A DNA stretch of 64,000 nt, from the NCBI GenBank assembly GCA_963727105.1, contig CAVSEW010000001.1:1643464-1707463 (forward strand), read 5' to 3'. The translations under genes were made by a program, and so were the position numbers. The notes under the pieces were generated by a model, which made no database searches, was not told where the DNA came from, and saw only the letters and a list, made by a program, of their open reading frames with translations. This stretch comes from an uncultured Solirubrobacterales bacterium. GTDB lineage: Bacteria > Actinomycetota > Thermoleophilia > Solirubrobacterales > Solirubrobacteraceae. This document shows positions 57,472-64,000 of the stretch, piece after piece. The stretch's first letter is position 1. Every line of letters starts with the position of its first letter.

Positions 57472-58050
57472 TCATCGGCGCGCCGTCCTCAACGCGTGTG
57501 CGATCAGGTCCTCGGGGCGATCGCCGCCCGCGCCGTCGAGCAACTCATCCGCCTCCGGCGGGGTGTAGCCCAGACCGATCAGTCCCTCGCGTGCGAGGCC
57601 GCGTGGGTCATCGGCGCGGGTGATCGAGATCGCCTCCTCGGGCAGGCTCGTGCCGACCTTCTCCCGGAGTTCGACGATGATCCGCTCGGCCGTGCGTTTA
57701 CCGATGCCCGGGACGGCCTGAAACCGGCCCGAGTCGCCGACCGCGAGCGCGGCCAGGAGCTCGCGCGGCGGGCCGCCCGACAGGACGGCGAGTGCGACCT
57801 TCGGGCCCACCGACTGCACGCCGAGCAGCATCAGGAACAGCTCGCGCTCCTCCTCGGTGGCGAAGCCGTACAGCGCCAGAGCGTCGTCGCGGACGACCAG
57901 ATGGGCGTGGAGCGTGAGCTGATTGCCGACCGCGGGCACGTGGCGGAGCGTTTCGGCCGAGATCGCGAGCCGGTATCCGACGCCAGCGCACTCGATCACC
58001 ACGTGATCAGTCCGGCGAACCGCGACCGTCCCGGAGACCAGGGCGATCAT
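57472..58050 (-). CDS. ruvA: Holliday junction binding protein RuvA
   Basis: [26 protein letters not shown]. Confidence 0.97.
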   Translation of the reverse strand: MIALVSGTVAVRRTDHVVIECAGVGYRLAISAETLRHVPAVGNQLTLHAHLVVRDDALALYGFATEEERELFLMLLGVQSVGPKVALAVLSGGPPRELLAALAVGDSGRFQAVPGIGKRTAERIIVELREKVGTSLPEEAISITRADDPRGLAREGLIGLGYTPPEADELLDGAGGDRPEDLIAHALRTARR

Positions 58051-58541
58051 GAGCGCGCGACCGCCCGCGCGAGCGGCGCCCGGTTGAGCTCGCAGATCGC
58101 CACCGCGAGCGCGTCGGCGGCGTGATCGGTCGCCGGCATGGCGCTCAGGCCGAGCAGACGAGCGACCATCCGAGCGACCTGATCCTTGCCCGCGCGGCCG
58201 TGCCCGCAGACCGCGCCCTTTACCTGCTGGGGCGTGTAGGACCGCGAGGGTAAGCCGCGCTGCCCGGCGGCCAGCAGGACGACGCCCCGAGCCTGGCCGA
58301 CGGCGAACGCAGTGCGCACGTTGGCCCCGAAGTAGAGCTCCTCGATCGCGAGCGAATCCGGTGCGTGGAGGTCGATCAGCTCGAGTACCCGGGCATGGAT
58401 CTCGGCCATCCGCCGCTCTAGCGGCCTGCCCGGGCGAGTCGAGATCACCCCCTCCTCGAGCGCGCGCAGGCGCGAGCCCTCGGCGCTGACAACGCCATAT
58501 CCGGTGCTCGCCGTTCCGGGATCGATGCCGAGGACGACCAT
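58047..58541 (-). CDS. ruvC: Crossover junction endonuclease RuvC
   Basis: LGIDPG, IEELYF, QARG, DHAADALAVA. Confidence 0.97.
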   Translation of the reverse strand: MVVLGIDPGTASTGYGVVSAEGSRLRALEEGVISTRPGRPLERRMAEIHARVLELIDLHAPDSLAIEELYFGANVRTAFAVGQARGVVLLAAGQRGLPSRSYTPQQVKGAVCGHGRAGKDQVARMVARLLGLSAMPATDHAADALAVAICELNRAPLARAVARS

Positions 58542-58648
58542 GTGAGGGGATTCTGCGCGGGCGCCCGGACGCCTCCATTTCGCCAGCCGGGCGCATGACC
58601 CACCAGAAGCCTCACGGGAAATGGACGAAATGCCGATACGCCCCATGC

Positions 58649-59830
58649 ATGTTGAGACGGGGCCAGCAAGACGATCTGCTGCGTGAGGTCACGTGGTTGC
58701 GCCAGCGGGTGGCCGCGCTGGAGGCCGACCGCGTTCGCGGACTGCGGCTCGACAGCGTCACCGGGCTGCTCAGCGCCTGGGCGTTCCGCGGTCGTCTGTC
58801 CGAGGAGGTCGAGCGCGCACGCCGCTACCAGCGCGCGCTGTCGGTCGTCGTCGTCTCGATCGACGACTTCGGCTCGCTCGAGCTCCGCCACGGCTTCAAG
58901 GCCGGCGACGAGCTGCTGATCGCGGTCGGCAAGCGGCTGAGCGACTCGACCCGCTCCCACGATCACGTCGGCCGCACCGGGCAGGCCGAGTTCGGCCTCC
59001 TGCTCCCGGACACGAGCGCCGACGTCGCGCTCCCCTCGCTTGAGCGCCTGCTGGTCGAGCTCGAGGTCGTCGGCGAGGGCGCGATCCGGGCGGCCGGCGC
59101 CTCGATGGGCGTCGCGATGCTGCAGCGCGGGATGACGGCCGAGGGCCTGCTCGCCAACGCGCGGCTGGCCTGCGAGCACGCCCAGCAGACCGGCGGCGGA
59201 CGGGCGGTGCTGGCGGCCGAGACCGGCTCCGAGCGCGAGGGCGAGGCCGACGGGGCCCAGCGCGACGCGATCGAGGCCCTCGCGGTGGCGCTGCTCGAGC
59301 GCGACCGTTACACGGGCGAGCACTCCGAGGCCGTGATCGATATGTCGGGCGCAGTGGCGCGCAACCTGGGCCTGAACTCGGTGGAGGTGCAGCGAGTCAA
59401 GTCAGCCGCCCTGCTCCACGACATCGGCAAGGTCGCGATACCGGACGAGATCCTGCACAAGCCCGGGCCCCTGACCGACGACGAGTGGAGGCTCATGCGC
59501 GAGCACCCGGTGATCGGCGAGCGAATCCTGCGCGTGCTGCCGGGCCTCGGCACGGTCGCGCGGATCGTCCGCCACGAGCACGAGCGCTGGGACGGCGGTG
59601 GCTACCCGGACGGGCTGGTCGGCGACGAGATCCCGCTCGGCAGCCGGATCATCATCGCCGCCGATACCTACCACGCGATCACCTCCGACCGGCCCTATCG
59701 AGCGGCGCGGTCGCACAGCGAGGCAGTGGAGGAGCTCACCCGGTGCGCCGGGACGCAGTTCGACCCCAACGTGACCGCCGCGCTGATCGGGTTTCTCTAC
59801 GGTCAGCGCCAGGCCGGCGCGGTCGCCTGA
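58649..59830 (+). CDS. Degenerate GGDEF + HD-GYP c-di-GMP phosphodiesterase
   Basis: DSVTGL, RSHD-x5-GQAEF; HDIGK, HERWDGGGYP, DRPYR, GTQFDP. Confidence 0.88.
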   Translation: MLRRGQQDDLLREVTWLRQRVAALEADRVRGLRLDSVTGLLSAWAFRGRLSEEVERARRYQRALSVVVVSIDDFGSLELRHGFKAGDELLIAVGKRLSDSTRSHDHVGRTGQAEFGLLLPDTSADVALPSLERLLVELEVVGEGAIRAAGASMGVAMLQRGMTAEGLLANARLACEHAQQTGGGRAVLAAETGSEREGEADGAQRDAIEALAVALLERDRYTGEHSEAVIDMSGAVARNLGLNSVEVQRVKSAALLHDIGKVAIPDEILHKPGPLTDDEWRLMREHPVIGERILRVLPGLGTVARIVRHEHERWDGGGYPDGLVGDEIPLGSRIIIAADTYHAITSDRPYRAARSHSEAVEELTRCAGTQFDPNVTAALIGFLYGQRQAGAVA

Positions 59831-59836
59831 CCGCGA

Positions 59837-61072
59837 TCAGTCGTCGTCCGCGCGCGGGACCTGCTTGATCCCGAGCACGCTGAGGAAGAAGCTCGACAGG
59901 ATCGTCTGCACCCCGAGCATCAGCGCCACTGCGGCGGGAATCGCGAGCCGCAGCGAGTCTGGATAGTTGAGGTGCTTGAACGACGAATCGTCCCAGCGAA
60001 CGAACGCGATAACCGAGAGCGTCACAGCCGCGAGCAGGAGGAGCGCGCCGGCGAGAATGCCCGCCTCGAGCGAGAACAACCCTCGCGCGCGTTCGACCAG
60101 GTCACTGTCCGGGAGGAAGCCCTCCGAGGCGGCATAGACGCGCGCCAGCACGGCGAACCACACGGCCTGAAAGCCGACTACGATCGCCGCGCCCGCATAG
60201 AGCAGCGTGTGCACGTCGAGGCGTGCTCCGATCACGTTCAGCGGCCCCGGCAGCACCGCGATCGAGAGCACGAGCCCGAGCGCGATCAGGATCAGGCCGG
60301 GATAGAAGAAAAGCCAGCGCGGGCTGTAGAGCAGGAAGAAGCGAAGCGTGCGCCAGCCGTCGCGCCACGTGCGAAGGTGCGGCGGACGGCTGCGCAGGTC
60401 GGGCGAGAGCGTCGTCGGGACCTCGGCGATGTTGAGCTTGTAGAGCGCGGCCTTGGCCACCATCTCGACGCCGAGCTCCATGCCCGGGCTCTGCAGGTTG
60501 AGCGTGGGCAGCGCGTCCCGCCGGAAGGCCCGCAGGCCGCAGTAGAAGTCGCCCACCGGTGCGCCGAAGAACAGCCGGCCCATCCAGCTCAGCCCCGGGT
60601 TGCCGAAGTACTGGTGCAGCGGCGGCATCGCGCCGGGCGCGATCCCCCCGGCGAAGCGGTTGCCCATCACCAGATCGGCACCGGCGTCGAGCCGCTCGAG
60701 AAAGCGGTCGAGGTGCCTGAAGTCGTAGGAGCCGTCGGCATCTCCCATGAGGATGTACTTCCCGCGGGCGGCCGCGAATCCGCCCTGGAGCGCGCTGCCG
60801 TAACCGCGCGCCTTGACGTCGACCACGCGCGCGCCCATCGACTCGGCCAGCTGCTGCGAGCCGTCGGTGCTGCCGTTGTCGGCGACGATCACCTCGCCGG
60901 GCACGCCCGCCGTCTCCAGTGCGTCCTTGGCCGCCTCAAGGCACGGCGCAAGCGACTCCGCCTCGTTGAGGCAGGGCATCACAATCGAAACCGTGTAGGC
61001 GTCCGGCTCGCGGGTCGTCTCCACTCCCGGCTGCGCGGCGTCGGAGACCCTGTCTTCCGTGTAAGTGTTCAT
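59837..61072 (-). CDS. Polyprenol-phosphate glycosyltransferase (GT2) with C-terminal TM helices
   Basis: MPCLNE, DNGSTDGS, GYGSAL, DADGSY, HLRTWRDGWR. Confidence 0.9.
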   Translation of the reverse strand: MNTYTEDRVSDAAQPGVETTREPDAYTVSIVMPCLNEAESLAPCLEAAKDALETAGVPGEVIVADNGSTDGSQQLAESMGARVVDVKARGYGSALQGGFAAARGKYILMGDADGSYDFRHLDRFLERLDAGADLVMGNRFAGGIAPGAMPPLHQYFGNPGLSWMGRLFFGAPVGDFYCGLRAFRRDALPTLNLQSPGMELGVEMVAKAALYKLNIAEVPTTLSPDLRSRPPHLRTWRDGWRTLRFFLLYSPRWLFFYPGLILIALGLVLSIAVLPGPLNVIGARLDVHTLLYAGAAIVVGFQAVWFAVLARVYAASEGFLPDSDLVERARGLFSLEAGILAGALLLLAAVTLSVIAFVRWDDSSFKHLNYPDSLRLAIPAAVALMLGVQTILSSFFLSVLGIKQVPRADDD

Positions 61073-61204
61073 CGCGAATGCACCGCGCCGGCCTCGCCCT
61101 ACGGCCGGCGACAGCTGAGGTTACCAACGGGTCCGAGACCCTCCCGGCAGACCGAATCGACCGTTGAGGTCGGCGAGAGAAAGTGACTGTACTGTGTCGC
61201 CCTC

Positions 61205-62719
61205 ATGATTGGCTCGCAGTCCGCCGTGCAGGCCCCGTCCGCGCCTGAGAGCGCGAGCGCCGCGCCGTCCCCGCGCCGGCGCGTGGACGAGTTCATCGAT
61301 ACGCCGGTGGCGATCACGTGCCTCGTGTGCTTCGTGCTCGCCGTGATCAGCGTGATCGTGATCTCGTGGGTGCCGAGCTCCGATCCATGGGCGTGGATCG
61401 ACTGGGGCCAGGAGCTGTCCTCGTCGAAGATCCCCGTCGGTCTCGGCGGAGGCCCCTCGTGGAAGCCGTTCCCGGTCTTCTTCACCACGATCTTCGGCTT
61501 CTTTGGCCACGCGGCGCCGAACCTGTGGCTGGTCGTGACGCGAACGGCGTCGCTGCTCGCGCTCGTCGCCGCCTTCCGGCTCGGCCGGCGTTTCGCGGGC
61601 CCGCTGGCTGGGATCGTCGCCGTGCTCGCGCTGTGCCTGACCCAGGACTGGATGTTCTACGTCGCCCGCGGCGCCTCGGAGCCAGTGGTGGCGGCGCTGA
61701 CCCTGTGGGCGATCGACCGGCACCTGAACGGGTCGCCGCGCGTCGCGTTCTTCCTCGCCTTCCTGGCCACGCTGAACCGGCCCGAGTTCTCCGCCTTCCT
61801 CGCCCTGTACGCGGTCTATCTGTGGCTGCGCGTGCCGGGCACCCGGCCGCTCGTGGTCGGGCTGCTGATCCTGATCCCGATCGCCTGGCTGGGACCACCC
61901 AAGGTGATCACCGGCAACGCCTTCCAGGCCGGGAGCGCCGCGCTCGGAGGCAAGGGATCGCCCGGCACGGCGTTCGCGGAACTGGGGAGCAGCGCCGGCC
62001 TGATGAGCGTGCCGACTCTGGTGTTCGCGGCCGTCGGGCTCGTGTTCGCCTACATCAGGCGCGAGAAGGTGCTGCTGTGGCTCGGTGCAGGCGCGATCGC
62101 CTGGGCGCTGATGGTCGCGATCGTGACCCAGGTCGCCTACGGCCTGCCGCGCTACCTGCTGCCCGGCGGGGTGATCGCGTGCGTGCTGGCCGGGGTCGGG
62201 GTCGTCTGGCTGGCCGAGGCGATCGCCGGAGCGATCGGCGCACGCCGGCAGGAGTCGGGACTGGCCGTGACGACGATGGTGATCGGACTCCTGCTGCTCG
62301 CCGCCACCCTGCCGTGGTCGATCACGCGCGTGCGCACGCTCGTACACCAGGGCCACCAGGCCGACATGGCCGCCTTCTACCAGAAGCGGATGTTCGCGGC
62401 CGTGGATCAGGTCGGGGGGACGCTCCGCGTCCTCCCCTGCCGGTCGAGCCGGGTCGCGGTCAACCACACGATGGCGAGCTCGATCGCGTGGAAGCTGAAG
62501 GTCCGCCTCTCGTCGGTGAGGCCGCTGATGCGCGGAACCGGGTTCGTGTTCAGCGCACCGCACACGAGCGTGACCGGAACCACCCCGCCGATCGCCCACG
62601 CGTCCGCCAAGACGATCCGGACGATTGCCGTCGTGGCGCCCTGGCGGGTGCTCGAGGTCACCGCGCGCGGCGCGTCGGCCACGCCCCGCTGCGCGCCCGG
62701 CGACTACCGCAGGGCGTAG
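61205..62719 (+). CDS. Polytopic membrane protein, probable GT-C glycosyltransferase
   Basis: DPWAWIDWG, PSWKPFP, SEP, RPE, PRY; about 11 TMs. Confidence 0.7.
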   Translation: MIGSQSAVQAPSAPESASAAPSPRRRVDEFIDTPVAITCLVCFVLAVISVIVISWVPSSDPWAWIDWGQELSSSKIPVGLGGGPSWKPFPVFFTTIFGFFGHAAPNLWLVVTRTASLLALVAAFRLGRRFAGPLAGIVAVLALCLTQDWMFYVARGASEPVVAALTLWAIDRHLNGSPRVAFFLAFLATLNRPEFSAFLALYAVYLWLRVPGTRPLVVGLLILIPIAWLGPPKVITGNAFQAGSAALGGKGSPGTAFAELGSSAGLMSVPTLVFAAVGLVFAYIRREKVLLWLGAGAIAWALMVAIVTQVAYGLPRYLLPGGVIACVLAGVGVVWLAEAIAGAIGARRQESGLAVTTMVIGLLLLAATLPWSITRVRTLVHQGHQADMAAFYQKRMFAAVDQVGGTLRVLPCRSSRVAVNHTMASSIAWKLKVRLSSVRPLMRGTGFVFSAPHTSVTGTTPPIAHASAKTIRTIAVVAPWRVLEVTARGASATPRCAPGDYRRA

Positions 62720-62724
62720 CGGCC

Positions 62725-63411
62725 CTACGGCTTCGAGAAGCGGCAGCGGAGCAGCGTGCCGAGCACCCGCACGCCGTCGACGGCCGTGAGCTTCTTCCCC
62801 TCATCGGTGCTCCGTGCCCGGTAGCGAACCGGCACCTCGAAGATCCGCTCCCGGTGCTGGATCAGCCGGGCGGTGATCTCGGGCTCGATCGAGAAGCCCG
62901 AGCTCCGCAGCGGCAGCGCCCGGAAAACATCGGTCCGGATCATCTTCTGGCAGGTCATGATGTCGCGCATGTAGACGTTGAAGAGGACGTTGCAGGCGAG
63001 CGTCACCGACCGGTTCCCGAGTACGTACAGGAACGAGTGGCTCGTGTAGCCGTCGAACGCGCGCACCCCGAAGCAGGCGTTCGTCAATCCGTCCTGCAGC
63101 GGTCCCAGCAGCAGCCCGAGGTCGGCGGGCTCATATTCCAGGTCGGCGTCGAACACGGCCGTGAACTCTCCGCGCGCCAGCGCCAGGGCGGTTCGCACCG
63201 CCTCACCCTTGCCGCGGTTGAGGGGGTGCTCGGACAGCCGCACGCGATCGTCCCAGGCCGTCCCGCGCAGGATCTCCCGCGTGCCATCGGTCGAGCCGTC
63301 ATCGACCACGATCAGCTCGAACTCGCTCGGCAGCTCGGTGCCGAGCACCTGCTCGATCGCGCGCTCGACGCGCTCGCGCTCGTTGTAGACCGGCATCAGG
63401 ATCGAGAGCAT
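62725..63411 (-). CDS. Polyprenol-phosphate glycosyltransferase (GT2, DPM1-like)
   Basis: MPVYNE, DDGSTDGT, NRGKG, DADLEY, EGKK. Confidence 0.9.
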   Translation of the reverse strand: MLSILMPVYNERERVERAIEQVLGTELPSEFELIVVDDGSTDGTREILRGTAWDDRVRLSEHPLNRGKGEAVRTALALARGEFTAVFDADLEYEPADLGLLLGPLQDGLTNACFGVRAFDGYTSHSFLYVLGNRSVTLACNVLFNVYMRDIMTCQKMIRTDVFRALPLRSSGFSIEPEITARLIQHRERIFEVPVRYRARSTDEGKKLTAVDGVRVLGTLLRCRFSKP

Positions 63412-63461
63412 GTGGGCGCGGCACGCTAGCGAACGCTTCCGGTTTCAGAGAGGATGCCGGC

Positions 63462-64000
63462 GTGGATTTCGAGTCGGCGGGATTGCTCGACGGCCTCGAG
63501 GGCGATGCCCGCGAAGCGCGGCTGCGCCTGCTCGAGCAGCTGGAGCAGCAGGGCTTCGGCCTCGAGGAGCTGACCGCGGCGGTGAACGAGAACCGGCTTG
63601 CCCTACTGCCGGTCGAGCGTGTACTCGGCGGCCGCCACACGGTCGGCGAGATCGCCGAGCGCACCGGACTGGATCCGAAGCTGGTCATCCGCTTCCGCCG
63701 CCTCCAGGGGCTGTCGGAGCCCGGACCCGAGGAGCGCGTGTTCAGCGATGAGGACCTCGAGGGGCTGACGTCAACCAAGCTGTTCCTCGACGCGGGCTTC
63801 AGCGAGGAGACGGTCGTACAGACCACGCGCGTCCTGGGCGAGTCGATGGCCCGGCTCGCCGCCACCGTGACGGCGTCGTTCGTGGATACGTTCCTGGAGG
63901 CCGGGGACAGCGAGGAGGCGGTCGCGCTGCGCTTCGCCGCGCTCGCCGAGGAGCTGACGCCGAGGCTCACGCCGGTTCTGGTGGCCACGTTCAAGGCCCA
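63462..64000 (+). CDS. Adenylate cyclase with N-terminal regulatory domain (Rv1264-like), 3' truncated by window
   Basis: VDFESAGLLDGLEGDAREARLRLLEQL..LLPVERVLGG..EIAERTG..RVLGESMARLA; catalytic domain not in window. Confidence 0.7.
   Translation, partial: MDFESAGLLDGLEGDAREARLRLLEQLEQQGFGLEELTAAVNENRLALLPVERVLGGRHTVGEIAERTGLDPKLVIRFRRLQGLSEPGPEERVFSDEDLEGLTSTKLFLDAGFSEETVVQTTRVLGESMARLAATVTASFVDTFLEAGDSEEAVALRFAALAEELTPRLTPVLVATFKA

Noticed and set aside
61318-63429. 703-aa plus-strand ORF
   Set aside because: Alternate frame of the membrane gene plus antisense of the GT2; Arg/Gly-rich with no motifs.

Overview
High-GC actinobacterial chromosome segment; gene content suggests Thermoleophilia/Solirubrobacterales (inference). 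Left to right: (1) 1-7.2 kb, minus strand: a group 1h (high-affinity, atmospheric-H2 type) [NiFe]-hydrogenase operon, hypC-hypC2-hypD-hypE-hhyS-hhyL-nifU/Rieske-like-DUF5947-like, probably continuing past the left edge. (2) 7.4-9.9 kb, divergent: a four-gene operon of a Crp/Fnr regulator translationally coupled to a second, orphan hydrogenase small subunit, plus two small unknown ORFs. This is the best candidate for an undescribed system. (3) 10-15.7 kb: a general-stress islet with SigB/SigF-type promoters. (4) 15.8-38 kb: a surface-glycan locus (GT2/GT4/GT-C-like enzymes, flippase, acyltransferase, six SAM transferases, two sulfatase-fold proteins) with signs of decay. (5) msrA, DUF2252, a SAM-I riboswitch-thrC-like/moaD-like unit, a lipid kinase and a secreted protein. 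(6) An isolated Replic_Relax nuclease + VirD4-like ATPase pair. (7) The core ruvCAB-secDF-recJ-relA cluster, with a Zn-ribbon/PAS gene where yajC is usually found and an apparent non-canonical relA start. (8) A degenerate-GGDEF/HD-GYP protein, a polyprenol-phosphate glycosylation module and the start of an adenylate cyclase. No rRNA, tRNA, CRISPR, integrase or transposase was seen. Starts were chosen by eye and family calls come from motif recognition; no database searches were run.
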